Counted from the stretch's first letter, positions 41,918 to 52,344 are shown. The stretch: 64,000 nucleotides of DNA from Terriglobia bacterium (GCA_965198225.1 CBDAOY010000007.1:960001-1024000); one strand, 5' to 3'. Translations and numbers: made by a program. The notes: generated by a model from the sequence alone, not told the origin.

Positions 41918-42580
41918 CTAATCCCGGACCCACCCGTCGAAGAGCTGGATGATCCGATCGCCGCAGGCCGCGTTGGACTCGGAGTGAGTGACCTGTATGA
42001 TAGTCGCCCCTTCGTCGTTCAGTTTCTTGAACAGCTCCATGATTTCGCGGCCCTGGCTGGAGTGCAGGTTGCCAGTTGGCTCGTCGGCGAGGATAACCTT
42101 CGGATCGGCGATCACGGCGCGCGCAACGGCGACGAGTTGCTGTTGACCGCCTGAGAGCTGGTTCGGGAAGAGGTCCTTCTTGCCGACCATCTGAAAACGG
42201 TCGAGCGCGTCGGCGACGATGGCCTGGCGTTCGCTACGTTTGATGTTCCGGTAGGAGAGGGGAATGTCCAGGTTCTCGGCCACCGTCAGGCTGTCGAGCA
42301 GATGGTACTGCTGGAACACGAAGCCGATGTATTGCTTGTTCAGCTCGACTCGCTGCTTGGGTTTCATGCGGTGGACGGCGTTTTCCAGGAAGAAGAACTC
42401 TCCCTGCCAGGAACTGTCGAGCATGCCGAGTATCGCCAGGATCGTGGACTTGCCGGCCCCGGACGGTCCCATGACCGTCACGAACTCCCCTTGCTTGATG
42501 TCCAGATTGATCCGGCGCAGGACGTATGTTCGCCCGGCGCGCGTGTCGTAGAACTTTTCGAGATTTCGCAGTTGAATCAT
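41918..42580 (-). CDS. ABC transporter ATP-binding protein (LolD/MacB-type)
   Basis: GPSGAGKS, LSGGQQQ and ADEPTGNLH. Confidence 0.93.
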   Translation of the reverse strand: MIQLRNLEKFYDTRAGRTYVLRRINLDIKQGEFVTVMGPSGAGKSTILAILGMLDSSWQGEFFFLENAVHRMKPKQRVELNKQYIGFVFQQYHLLDSLTVAENLDIPLSYRNIKRSERQAIVADALDRFQMVGKKDLFPNQLSGGQQQLVAVARAVIADPKVILADEPTGNLHSSQGREIMELFKKLNDEGATIIQVTHSESNAACGDRIIQLFDGWVRD

Positions 42581-42593
42581 TCAGGGGGCGAAC

Positions 42594-43295
42594 CTACTCG
42601 CCCGCACCGATGCTTTCTTCGACGATGGCGCCGTCGAAGAGGTGGATTTCCCGTTCCGCGTAGCGCGCATACCGCGGGTCGTGCGTCACCATGCAGATCG
42701 TCGCGCCTTCCCGGTGGAGGCCGCGCATCAGATCCATGACCGCTTCACCGTTCTTGGAATCGAGGTTTCCAGTCGGCTCATCCGCCAGCAGGATCGAGGG
42801 TGTTCCACCCAAGGCGCGAGCCACCGCGACCCGCTGCTGCTGACCACCCGACAACTGCGACGGGTAGTGCTTCATCCGGTGGGCCATCTCGACCTTGTCG
42901 AGCGCTTCCTGGACGGCCTTCTTCCGTTCGCTCGAGGGCATCCCGCGGTAGGTCAGAGGCAGTTCCACGTTTTCATAAACGGTGAGGTCGCCGATGAGGT
43001 TGAACGCCTGGAAGATGAAACCGACCTCCCGGTTTCGGATCCGCGCTCTCTCCGACAGAGACAGGTCAGCGACGGCTTTTCCGCTGAGCCAGTATTCGCC
43101 TTCTGTGGGCGAATCCAACAGACCCAGGATCGAAAGCAGCGTCGATTTACCACAACCCGACGGGCCGGAAATCGACACGTACTCGCCCTTGTTGATGTTC
43201 AGGTGAATCCCCGCCAGCGCGTGAGTCTCCACTTCGTCGGTGTAGAAGATCTTTTTCACATCCTCCATCTGAATTACCGCTTGCTGCTCTGTCAT
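42594..43295 (-). CDS. ABC transporter ATP-binding protein (LolD/MacB-type)
   Basis: GPSGCGKS, LSGGQQQR and ADEPTGNLD. Confidence 0.94.
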   Translation of the reverse strand: MTEQQAVIQMEDVKKIFYTDEVETHALAGIHLNINKGEYVSISGPSGCGKSTLLSILGLLDSPTEGEYWLSGKAVADLSLSERARIRNREVGFIFQAFNLIGDLTVYENVELPLTYRGMPSSERKKAVQEALDKVEMAHRMKHYPSQLSGGQQQRVAVARALGGTPSILLADEPTGNLDSKNGEAVMDLMRGLHREGATICMVTHDPRYARYAEREIHLFDGAIVEESIGAGE

Positions 43296-43353
43296 TCTTC
43301 TCTCCTGCGCTCAATGATGATTTCGATTCTTGTGACGCAACCCTTTTCTCTGA

Positions 43354-44604
43354 TCAATTCAGTTGGACGCGATCGAACGCATCCCAGGCAGACATGTCGG
43401 AGAGGATCACTTCGTCTCCAACGTTGAGCCCCTGGACGATCTCCATCGTGCTTACCGACGTCCGGCCCAGCCGGACCTGTGTCCGGACGGCTTCACCGTC
43501 AATGCCGAGCCTGAAGATCCCAACCAGGCTGTTTGCCTGTCCGTACGCCGGCCGTCCGACGTAGAGGACATCTTCCAGGCGTTCGATCTCGACCGTGCCA
43601 TCGACACTCAAGTCCGGGCGGGCTCCGCGGGGCAACTCCCCGTCGAGCCTGACGTCCACTTTGACCGTTCCGTTCAGCACCGCCGGGTCGATCCGGATCA
43701 CCGTGCCGGGGATGACCCCGTTCCGGGTGTCGATGGAGGCAAACTGCCCGACCTGGATGTCCTTGGCCTGAGTCTCTGCGATGTTCAGTTCGGCTTTGAG
43801 CTTTCCGGGTTCGGCCACTCGCGCGATCCGGCTGCCCGGCGAGAGGCGGTCACCGACCTCGATCGGAACCTGTTGCAGCACGCCGTGGATTCCGGCACGT
43901 ACCCTCAGTTTTTCCAGCTCAGTCAGCCGGAGCTCGTATAGAGCATTCAACTGTTCGATGCGGGCTTCCTGCGCTGCCAGCTGAGCTTCGGCGGCCTGCG
44001 AAGCGATTTCCAACCGCTGCCCCTCCAGCTTGAGCCGTTCGCTGAGCTGCTCGGCGTCGACGCGCGACTTGTTCAAGTTCAGTTCCGCGATCAAGCCCTC
44101 TTTTGCCAGCTCGGCATCGGCTTCATATTGCAGCCTGGCGCTGTTGGCCTGGCCTTCGATTGCAGCGGCCCCGGCCCGCTGGGTCAGCAGGTTGCTCTGA
44201 AGCTGGACCCGCAGGTTGGCCAGTTCGGCCTCAGCGACGCGGATCTGGAGCGCGACGTCCAGCGTGGTCTGTTCCAGGTCGGGGTTGCTCAGCTCAACCA
44301 CAACCGTCGCCGGGTCGACCGTGACGCCCGGCAGGACGACGATTCGTTCCACGAGTCCTTCCGTCGTGGCGGCGATCCACCGAATTTCCTCGGGCACGAG
44401 TTTGCCGAGTCCCCGAACCTGGCGGAGCATCTCACCTCGTTCCACGGTGTCGATGTACACGGTCGCGCGATCGACCCGTGGCGCCGCCGGCTTCAATCGG
44501 GACAGACCCAGGGTGATGCCGGAACCGACAAGGATCACCAGCGTTCCATAGACGATGCGCTTGATCCGCTTCTTTCTGGCTTGAGATGGGCGGGGTTTAT
44601 CCAT
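43354..44604 (-). CDS. Periplasmic adaptor / membrane fusion protein (MacA/HlyD-like)
   Basis: N-terminal TM helix, lipoyl-like halves flanking a long coiled coil, GLNVGDEVI. Confidence 0.92.
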   Translation of the reverse strand: MDKPRPSQARKKRIKRIVYGTLVILVGSGITLGLSRLKPAAPRVDRATVYIDTVERGEMLRQVRGLGKLVPEEIRWIAATTEGLVERIVVLPGVTVDPATVVVELSNPDLEQTTLDVALQIRVAEAELANLRVQLQSNLLTQRAGAAAIEGQANSARLQYEADAELAKEGLIAELNLNKSRVDAEQLSERLKLEGQRLEIASQAAEAQLAAQEARIEQLNALYELRLTELEKLRVRAGIHGVLQQVPIEVGDRLSPGSRIARVAEPGKLKAELNIAETQAKDIQVGQFASIDTRNGVIPGTVIRIDPAVLNGTVKVDVRLDGELPRGARPDLSVDGTVEIERLEDVLYVGRPAYGQANSLVGIFRLGIDGEAVRTQVRLGRTSVSTMEIVQGLNVGDEVILSDMSAWDAFDRVQLN

Positions 44605-44623
44605 AAGTCCTCCGATGGTGGAT

Positions 44624-44640
44624 ATGCGAATCGCGTTCCA
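44624..44640 (-). promoter_or_regulatory. Sigma54 (-24/-12) promoter for the MFP-ATPase genes
   Basis: TGGAACGCGATTCGCA (GG-N10-GC) about 20 nt before the ATG, with a GGAGG RBS and an upstream AT-rich tract. Confidence 0.7.
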
Positions 44641-44767
44641 GTCTGCTGTTTCTGTTAAGTCTATCTGTTTTCATCACTTCCACTTCGTCGAATCCACTAA
44701 ACCAGGACGCAAGGTGTTCGCTTCTGGGATTGCATTCAGCGAAAGCGAACGTGTTCACAACCTCGTC

Positions 44768-46480
44768 CTACTGCTGTCCAGCCACTCCCCGGGTTTGCAC
44801 ACTCGCCAGCGAGGGGCGTAACTGCTGCTCGATCTGGATATTGTTCCGTTCTAGCGTCCGACCCACGGCGCGGTCATAGGACACCACGGCCTTGACGTAA
44901 TCGACGAGGGACCGGATTTCGGTCGTTTGCGCCTGGGTCAGGTTCCGCTGCTCCTGCAGCACGAAACGGATCGCCGATGCACCCAATCGGAATTTTCGCT
45001 GTTCGGCATCCAGGCGCCGCTCGGCCAGTTCCCTGGCGATCTGCGCCGCATCGATCCGGGCACGGTTCATCTCGATCTGGTTGTAGGCGTCCCGGACCTC
45101 GGTGGCGATCGCCTGCGCGGTTGCGGCCATACGCGATTCGTTGAGCCGCTTTTGGGTGGTCAACCGCGAATGGTTGGCCTTAGCCGACTTGTTGCTCAAC
45201 GGAATCTGGAGCGAGAAGCCTACGGAGTAGCCAGTGAAGTCGAAGCCAAAGATGTCTTCGAACGCACCGCCGATTCCGCCGGGGACCTGTATCACCGAAC
45301 CCGTGGGTTCTCCGAACACGTTGCCGCGAAGATTCCTCGTTCCGCCCAATCCGCTCTGAGTGTAGGATGCGCTGACATCCAACTGCGGCAGCAGCTGATT
45401 CTTAGCGAACGCGAGGTCGATATCGTTGTTCTGGACCTGCAGGTCGATCTGTCGCATTTCGGGCCGATTCAGCAGCGCCAGCCGAATCGCCTCCTCGACC
45501 GGCAGGATCTGGTCCTCGCGGCGTCCGCGGACATCTTCGATCGGATTCAGCGACATCAGGACCAGAGCGGGATCGGGAACCCGGCTGACCATCTTCTTGA
45601 TGCTGTCCTCGATCCGGGTTTTGGAGTAGTTCGCCAGAACCAGCCCCTCGCGACGGCTGGCCACCTCCGATTCCGCCTGAACGACTTCGATCGGTGCAAG
45701 GGTACCGATCTCGACCTGCTTGCGGTTGTCGTCGAGCGTACGCTGGGCCAGTTGCAGGGACTCTTGCTGGACCTTGATATCCTCCAGTGAGAAGACGAGG
45801 TCCCAGTAGAGGTTGTGAGCCTGGGTTACGAGGTCCATGACCTGCATTTCAAATTGAATCTCGGAAATATTCAGATTGTTCCGGGCGATCCGAATCTGGT
45901 TGGTGTTGTTGAGCCGGCCGAAGTTCCTCAACAGCGGCTGCGAGAACGAGTACTGCAGGCTGCCGAAGTAGGAGGGGTTTACCGAACTGAACAGGCTGTT
46001 GGTCGAACTTCGGTTCATCTGGAACCGCACCTGGTACGACGTTCCATGTTCGAGGAAGTGGTTGTACGTCACGGCGTAGTTTCCGCCCAGCCTCGAATTG
46101 GATGCCGCACCGTCCAGCGCGGATCCTGACGGCGTCGTGTTGCGGTTTATGTTGCCCGACAGCGTGAGCGTCGGATCAAACCGCCCGTAAAGCGTGTTGA
46201 TCAGGTATTCCGTGGTCAACGGCGAAAAACGGTTCACACCGATGTCCATGTTGTTTTCCAGCATGAGCCGGATGACATCGTTCACCGAGAGAGGCAGGCC
46301 GCCATCCTGCTGGACCATTGCAACCAGCGATGCCGGTGGCGCGTCGGTTGTTTCCAGGGCAGCCAGACCGATTTGCGGCGGCCGGTACCGATCCAGGAAA
46401 CCGGTCACCCAGTTCTGTGCGGAGGCGGTGGAACCCAGCAGCAGTACCCAGAGGGCGACCAAAGTCACATATTTTTTCAT
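44768..46480 (-). CDS. TolC-family outer membrane efflux protein
   Basis: Signal peptide MKKYVTLV.., two OEP repeats (SQPLLRNFG, NQLLPQLD, EQRKFRLG). Confidence 0.92.
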   Translation of the reverse strand: MKKYVTLVALWVLLLGSTASAQNWVTGFLDRYRPPQIGLAALETTDAPPASLVAMVQQDGGLPLSVNDVIRLMLENNMDIGVNRFSPLTTEYLINTLYGRFDPTLTLSGNINRNTTPSGSALDGAASNSRLGGNYAVTYNHFLEHGTSYQVRFQMNRSSTNSLFSSVNPSYFGSLQYSFSQPLLRNFGRLNNTNQIRIARNNLNISEIQFEMQVMDLVTQAHNLYWDLVFSLEDIKVQQESLQLAQRTLDDNRKQVEIGTLAPIEVVQAESEVASRREGLVLANYSKTRIEDSIKKMVSRVPDPALVLMSLNPIEDVRGRREDQILPVEEAIRLALLNRPEMRQIDLQVQNNDIDLAFAKNQLLPQLDVSASYTQSGLGGTRNLRGNVFGEPTGSVIQVPGGIGGAFEDIFGFDFTGYSVGFSLQIPLSNKSAKANHSRLTTQKRLNESRMAATAQAIATEVRDAYNQIEMNRARIDAAQIARELAERRLDAEQRKFRLGASAIRFVLQEQRNLTQAQTTEIRSLVDYVKAVVSYDRAVGRTLERNNIQIEQQLRPSLASVQTRGVAGQQ

Positions 46481-46633
46481 TGAGATACTCCTAGGAACTC
46501 GTGCAATAAGGTGCGTCTTAATCAATCATCAAGCTCTTACGCCGCGGACGGGCGATCCGTTACGTCCGGAGGGCCTATTTAAAAGAAGTTAACAACATTC
46601 GCGACCGAATTCCACTGCCCCGGGGGTTTCTCC

Positions 46634-47431
46634 CTACAGGCCACTGGACCGGCGCAGCCGGATCGCTCCGTTCACTGTCTTGAGGCGGAGATCCCGTCCG
46701 CCGTTTCCGATCGTCCCGTTCAGCCGTCGGCTTCCGAAGCGTCCCGACACGGTCATCGGGAAATCGCTGGAAATTCCGCCGTTCAGAGTTTCGGCCCGGA
46801 CGTCTGCGTTGGTGTTGTCTGGGAGTTCAACCGTGATGCGACCGTTGACGGTTTCGAAAGTCAGGTCGTCCTGCCAGTCGCTCCGTCCCATCGAAACATC
46901 GATCGATCCGTTCACGGTCTTTGCCTGAACCAGCCCGGTGGCCGATACCTCGACCTGGCCGTTTACGGTGTAGGCCTCGACGTCACCGTCGATCGAGTTG
47001 GCCTCGACACCGCCGTTCACGTTGCGTCCGATGAAACGTACACCCGCCGGAACCCGGACCGTGAAGTCCACTTCCACATCGTTGTCGTGCGTGTTCATGC
47101 GGCCGTCTGTGCCGGGTCTGCAATCGTTGGCTCGATCAGAGTTCCGACTCGGGTATACCGCGCAGATCGTGACGCCGTCGTCGTGCTCTATCGTCTCGAT
47201 CTGGACAGAGTCGACGTCGCTACGGCGCGAGCTCTTGTTTGCGACGACCTGCACCTGATTGCCCGATGCGGATGACGCTTCGACCTTACCGTTGATACCT
47301 TTGATTTCGATCGCTTTGCCGGCTGCGATCGTTCCTTCCCATTCGAAGCGTTCCTGTGCGAACGCGGATGGAATGCCGATGGTGGTGGCCATTCCCAGGA
47401 CCAGGGCGGTTCGAGTCAGTGTCTGGTACAT
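46634..47431 (-). CDS. DUF4097 beta-strand repeat (adhesin-like) secreted protein
   Basis: Signal peptide and repeated TVNG.I/V motifs. Confidence 0.85.
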   Translation of the reverse strand: MYQTLTRTALVLGMATTIGIPSAFAQERFEWEGTIAAGKAIEIKGINGKVEASSASGNQVQVVANKSSRRSDVDSVQIETIEHDDGVTICAVYPSRNSDRANDCRPGTDGRMNTHDNDVEVDFTVRVPAGVRFIGRNVNGGVEANSIDGDVEAYTVNGQVEVSATGLVQAKTVNGSIDVSMGRSDWQDDLTFETVNGRITVELPDNTNADVRAETLNGGISSDFPMTVSGRFGSRRLNGTIGNGGRDLRLKTVNGAIRLRRSSGL

Positions 47432-47749
47432 TTCTCTCTCCTTCACGATATTGAGTGCACTTACGGGCAGGGTTACCCGAATGTTCAATACCGTCCACCA
47501 GTCCATCGGTTACGCCCGGTTCGGGATTCGCGAGTGCGATCGGTCGCAAATCGTCGTCCGGTCGCCTGCATGCTCGCATGCGCATCTCCCGTTCCATCGT
47601 TCCGATTCACGTAATTCGTTGAAAGCAATACGGCAATGGTTCACCCGCGGGTGATGCCCCGCTGTCCCCGTGCCCGTCTGTGGGACGGCCGGTCCGAAAA
47701 CGAACAGTGGAGTCGAGCAGGGCTGAATTCAGTCTGACGGACGCGGCGT

Positions 47750-48214
47750 TTACCGGCGCTCGCGAAAAAAGCGCTGCAGGAGATCCCTACATTCGACCCC
47801 GCGGACCCCTCCGAGCACTTCAATGCGGTGGTTCAGTCTCGCGTCGCGGGGCAGGTCGTAGAGCGATCCTGCCGCCCCCGCCTTGGGGTCGGACGCCCCG
47901 AACACGAGGCGATCGATCCGGGCGTGCGTCATCGCTCCGGCGCACATCGGGCAGGGCTCCAACGTCACATAAAGGATCGTGCGTGCGAGCCGATAGTTGT
48001 CCAGCCGGTCGGACGCTTCGCGTATGGCGTTGATTTCGGCATGAGCCGTAGGATCTTTCAAACCTATCGGACAGTTGCGACCGCGTCCGACGACCTCTCC
48101 ATCACGAACCACGATGGCGCCGATCGGGACTTCCCCGGCGTTCCCGGCTTCTTCGGCGAGCCCGAGTGCCAGTCCCATGAAATAGGGGTCATCGGATTGT
48201 CGGTCTGGAGGCAT
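47750..48214 (-). CDS. tadA: tRNA adenosine(34) deaminase
   Basis: GEVPIGA, DPTAHAE, TLEPCPMC and DPKAGA. Confidence 0.95.
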   Translation of the reverse strand: MPPDRQSDDPYFMGLALGLAEEAGNAGEVPIGAIVVRDGEVVGRGRNCPIGLKDPTAHAEINAIREASDRLDNYRLARTILYVTLEPCPMCAGAMTHARIDRLVFGASDPKAGAAGSLYDLPRDARLNHRIEVLGGVRGVECRDLLQRFFRERR

Positions 48215-48235
48215 GATTGCAGTAGAATCTAATCA

Positions 48236-49183
48236 ATGCGTCGTTTTGTGCTGATGGTAACACTCCTGGTCTTTGCCGCTCCGCTTTCGGCCCAGGGCAT
48301 CCGGATGACTCCGGATTTTCTGCCCCTGGAAGTCGGAAACGTCTGGCGCTATGCCGTGACCGACCCGGATGGAGCGACGCTTGACGAGTTCACGATGGAG
48401 ATCCGACAGCACACCATCGTGGAGGGGAAGAGCCTCTATGTCTTCACCCAGTTCCCGCTCGCACCCGGAATCGACGGGGGTGTCCCCGTGGGAGTGCGTC
48501 ACGATCGAAACCTGCGCCAGTACAAGCGTTTTGACGGGGAGCTCGAAGAAGATCTGTTCCCCTCGGCCGGCGCTTCGACCGAGGTCCTCGAAAGAGACGC
48601 AAACGGGTTGCCCTTGAGGGTTGTGTTCGACTTCAGCCCGGGCCGGCTGACACTGGAGCGGGGCGTCGGCATCGTCGGGGCGGAGGCCGGGCTTCAGGTG
48701 ATCAAGCTGGTCGGAGCTCGCGTAGGCGCGGTCGCGATCGGCGAGGTCGTTACGCGATCCCCGGGTCCGCAGGAGACCGCGCGGCCCGATTACCGGGACA
48801 ACGTCGTCCCGATCACCGAGGAAAACCCGATGCTGGAGGTCGAAACCGTCCAGGACGGAGACGGCCATCGCTTTCTGCTCCGGGTCCGGAACACGTCAGA
48901 CAAGTTGTTGCCTTTTGATTTTTCTTCGAGCCAGAGCTTCGATTTCGTCGTGGTCGACCCAACCCACGGGCAGGAGATCTGGCGTTGGTCGCGCCGGATG
49001 TTCTTTTCCAAGGTCATCCGCAGCGAGGCGATTCGGGCACGTGGCGAGTGGGTGTTCGAAGCCGTATGGAATCATCGCGACGACAGCATGAACGAAGTCG
49101 AGCCCGGTACTTATCAGGTCTTCGCCGTCCTGACTGCTGAAACCCCTATCGAATCGGAAGCCTTCGACATCGAGGTCCCGTAG
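48236..49183 (+). CDS. Secreted protein with a C-terminal BsuPI-like (proteinase inhibitor) domain
   Basis: Signal peptide; FLPLEVGNVWRY N-domain; N.S..FDFSSSQSFDFVV..EIWRWS..MF and PGTY motifs. Confidence 0.75.
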   Translation: MRRFVLMVTLLVFAAPLSAQGIRMTPDFLPLEVGNVWRYAVTDPDGATLDEFTMEIRQHTIVEGKSLYVFTQFPLAPGIDGGVPVGVRHDRNLRQYKRFDGELEEDLFPSAGASTEVLERDANGLPLRVVFDFSPGRLTLERGVGIVGAEAGLQVIKLVGARVGAVAIGEVVTRSPGPQETARPDYRDNVVPITEENPMLEVETVQDGDGHRFLLRVRNTSDKLLPFDFSSSQSFDFVVVDPTHGQEIWRWSRRMFFSKVIRSEAIRARGEWVFEAVWNHRDDSMNEVEPGTYQVFAVLTAETPIESEAFDIEVP

Positions 49184-49210
49184 CCCGGACTCCCAGACAA
49201 TTGGGACAAT

Positions 49211-49287
49211 TCGGGGACGGAGACCGAATTCGTGGGGTCCGTAACCGAACGGTTTAATGGTCCGGGTAATTCGGTCTCCGTCCCCGA
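49211..49287. repeat. Perfect 20-bp inverted repeat (REP-like)
   Basis: TCGGGGACGGAGACCGAATT / AATTCGGTCTCCGTCCCCGA. Confidence 0.8.
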
Positions 49288-49358
49288 TCTCAACGCTTCG
49301 ATCGTGGCCTTGGCGTATTCGGGTGAGAAATGCGCGGCAGCGTCTATACTGATCGCCG

Positions 49359-50567
49359 ATGAGATCGCCGGATTCGATCGTCACCTCCACCACTGTTCGG
49401 TTGCGGCTGCAGCGTCTGCGGTTGGACCCCCGTGTCCAGGCCGCCATCGAGTTCTTTCGCCGGAACGTTGAGGAGATCGAAGAGGAGCAGGTCCGGATCA
49501 CCAGGATTCCTGCACCACCGTTCGAGGAAGCCGAGCGGGCTGACCACTTCCTCCGACGTCTGACCGATTCCGGCTTTGACGCCACGAGGGACGCCATCGG
49601 CAACGTGATTGCGATCTTTGAGGAGTCCGGGTCGGACCCCCTGGTCGTCGGTGCCCATCTGGACACGGTTTTTCCCCGCGACACCCCCCTGGAACTCGAC
49701 CGCCGTCCGCCCGTGTTGAGGCTTCCCGGCATCACCGACAACGGGACGGGTCTGGTGGCGGGAATCTGGCTGTTCCGGGCTGCTCGTGAAGCGGGAATGG
49801 AGTTCGAACGGCCTTTGCTGCTCGTCGGTAACGTCGGCGAGGAAGGGGTCGGCAACCTGAGGGGGATCCGCCATCTGTTTGAGAATCCTCCCTGGTCGGG
49901 TGATAGCTGCGAGTTCGTCGCACTCGACGGTGCCGGCCTTCAACGCATCACCGTCTGTGGTCTGGGGAGTCGAAGGTTTCGCGTCCGAATGACGGGGCCC
50001 GGAGGTCACAGTTGGGCGGACTTCCCCAGGCCGAACCCCATCGACGCGCTGGCGGTCGCAATCCAGGATCTGAATCTGGCGCTCCGGGACCCGCCGCCCG
50101 GAACCACCCATAATGTCGGCGTCATACACGGTGGCATCTCCGTCAACGCGATACCGTCAGAGGCGTACATGGAAGTCGATCTCCGTGCAACTTCCGAGAC
50201 GAACCTCGACGATATGGAGCGTTGCTTCCGCTCTGCTGCGACGCGCGCCGCCGAGCGGGTCGGCGTAACGTGTGACATCGAGGTGATCGGCAGGCGCCCT
50301 TCCGGCGAAACTTCACCGGGAGCGGGCCTGGTACAGACGGCGGTCGAAGCGACGCGGCTGTGCGGCGTCGAGCCCATCCTGGATATCGGCTCGACCGATG
50401 CCAATGTCCCGATGTCTCTGGGTATTCCGGCGTTATCCATCGGAGGTGGTGGGAGCGGCGGCAACATCCACAGCCTTGAGGAGTGGTTCGACCCGACGGG
50501 TCGGCACGTCGGGTTGGAACGCCTTCTGCTGCTGGTCGCTGTCCTGGCTGGCCTGAAGGCGGCATGA
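49359..50567 (+). CDS. M20/M25/M40 family metallopeptidase
   Basis: AHLDTVF, PGITDN, GEEG, GGHSW, STDAN and HSLEEW. Confidence 0.9.
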   Translation: MRSPDSIVTSTTVRLRLQRLRLDPRVQAAIEFFRRNVEEIEEEQVRITRIPAPPFEEAERADHFLRRLTDSGFDATRDAIGNVIAIFEESGSDPLVVGAHLDTVFPRDTPLELDRRPPVLRLPGITDNGTGLVAGIWLFRAAREAGMEFERPLLLVGNVGEEGVGNLRGIRHLFENPPWSGDSCEFVALDGAGLQRITVCGLGSRRFRVRMTGPGGHSWADFPRPNPIDALAVAIQDLNLALRDPPPGTTHNVGVIHGGISVNAIPSEAYMEVDLRATSETNLDDMERCFRSAATRAAERVGVTCDIEVIGRRPSGETSPGAGLVQTAVEATRLCGVEPILDIGSTDANVPMSLGIPALSIGGGGSGGNIHSLEEWFDPTGRHVGLERLLLLVAVLAGLKAA

Positions 50568-50757
50568 CCGACGTTTCGGAAAGACGAAGCGATTGTGCAA
50601 CCTCCAGGGCGCGGAGATGCCCGTGACCTTCCCGCCCTGGATCGGAAAGCGCCCAATCTGAAATCTCAAATCTGCTATTTCGAACTTCCAATATTCCTGG
50701 ACCGCTCCGTCCTGCCTCGCCATAATCTCAGTTCACCAACTACCCCAAGGAGACCGA

Positions 50758-52344
50758 ATGATGAAGCGTTCATGGCAAGTACCGTCGCCGCGAGTGTATT
50801 TGCCGATCCTGCTTGTCCTCCTGCTGACGTTTCCCATCGCAGCCCAGATGCAGGAAACCGTGGACCTCGACGCCATTTACCGCATCAAGGACGAAGGGTT
50901 CAACCGATCCCAGGTAATGGACATCATGAGTTACCTGACCGACGTCCACGGGCCGCGGCTGACCGGGTCCCCCAACATCAGGGAAGCGGCAGAGTATGCC
51001 AGGAGCAAGCTCATCGAGTGGGAACTGGTCAACGTAGACCTGGAGAAGTGGGGTCCGTTCGGCCGCGGCTGGACCAACGATCGCTTCTCGGCCCACATGA
51101 TGACCGGGGGACACGCTTACCCGATCATCGGATACACGAAGGCATGGACTCCAGGAACGGACGGGGCCGTCAGTGGTGAAGTCGTGATCGCCGACATCGG
51201 GTCGGCCGCGGACTTCGACGAATACCGTGGCCAATTGCGCGGCAAGTTCGTTCTCATCTCTCCGATGCCGGCCGTTCCGGCGCTTTTTGACCCTCCTGCA
51301 GTTCGGCTGACCGACGAAATGCTGACCCAGCGTGCGATGCAGCGGCAGGCGCGGGGGCGCCGGGGCGGTCGCGGCCGAGGCGGTCGGGGTGGAGCCAGTT
51401 TCCGGCAGGAGCGGACACAGTACTTCGTCGATGAAGGCGTGGCGGCGCTTCTAGAGCCGGGTCGCGGGTCGGGAGGAACCGTGTTTGTCGGCGGCGGCGG
51501 TTCGCGCGATCCAGAAGCGGATCCGGTGCCCGTCCAGATCGTGCTGGCGGTGGAGCATTACGGCCGCATGTACCGGACGCTGCAGAGAAATGTCCCGGTC
51601 ACGATGCAGATGGATGTCGCCAATACGTTCTACGACGACGACCTGGATGCCTTCAACGTGATCGGTGAGATACGTGGGGACGACAGGGCCGACGAGGTCG
51701 TCATGCTCGGTGCGCACTTCGATTCGTGGCACTCCGGCACCGGCGCGACCGACAACGCCGCCGGCTCGGCGGTCATGATGGAGGCCGTTCGGATCCTGAA
51801 GGAAACAGGACTGCGCATGCGTCGAACTGTCCGGATCGGACTCTGGACTGGGGAGGAACAGGGGTTGCTCGGTTCCCGGGCCTACGTCGGCGACCACTTC
51901 GGGGATCGAAGGACGATGGAGTTGAAGCCCGACCATGAGAAGTTCTCGGGGTATTTCAATGTCGACAACGGTACCGGCGCCATCCGCGGGGTGTACCTGC
52001 AGGGCAACGAGGCGATCGCTCCCGTTTTCGAGGCCTGGATGAAACCCTTCGAGAACCTCGGCATGACGACGCTGGCGATTCGCAACACGGGAGGAACCGA
52101 TCACCTTTCCTTCGACGCGATCGGCCTGCCGGGCTTTCAGTTTATCCAGGATCCGGTGGAATACGGCAGCAGGACCCATCATTCCAGCATGGACGTATAC
52201 GAGCGGATTCAACCCATGGATATGATGAAGAACGCTGTCATCGTTGCATCGTTCGTCTACCACACGGCCAATCGCGAGGAGCTCCTCCCGCGCAAGCCGC
52301 TGCCGCGGCCCCGGGACCGGGGAGGAAGGGGGCGGGGGCAGTAG
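50758..52344 (+). CDS. Secreted M28 family peptidase (carboxypeptidase Q-like)
   Basis: GPRLTGS, GAHFDSW, GATDNAAG, GEEQGLLGS, TDH and HHS motifs; RG-rich inserts. Confidence 0.92.
   Translation: MMKRSWQVPSPRVYLPILLVLLLTFPIAAQMQETVDLDAIYRIKDEGFNRSQVMDIMSYLTDVHGPRLTGSPNIREAAEYARSKLIEWELVNVDLEKWGPFGRGWTNDRFSAHMMTGGHAYPIIGYTKAWTPGTDGAVSGEVVIADIGSAADFDEYRGQLRGKFVLISPMPAVPALFDPPAVRLTDEMLTQRAMQRQARGRRGGRGRGGRGGASFRQERTQYFVDEGVAALLEPGRGSGGTVFVGGGGSRDPEADPVPVQIVLAVEHYGRMYRTLQRNVPVTMQMDVANTFYDDDLDAFNVIGEIRGDDRADEVVMLGAHFDSWHSGTGATDNAAGSAVMMEAVRILKETGLRMRRTVRIGLWTGEEQGLLGSRAYVGDHFGDRRTMELKPDHEKFSGYFNVDNGTGAIRGVYLQGNEAIAPVFEAWMKPFENLGMTTLAIRNTGGTDHLSFDAIGLPGFQFIQDPVEYGSRTHHSSMDVYERIQPMDMMKNAVIVASFVYHTANREELLPRKPLPRPRDRGGRGRGQ

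Noticed and set aside
46495-46520. Sigma54 promoter upstream of the TolC gene
   Set aside because: ACGCAC-N4-TTGC lacks the -24 GG and has the wrong spacing.
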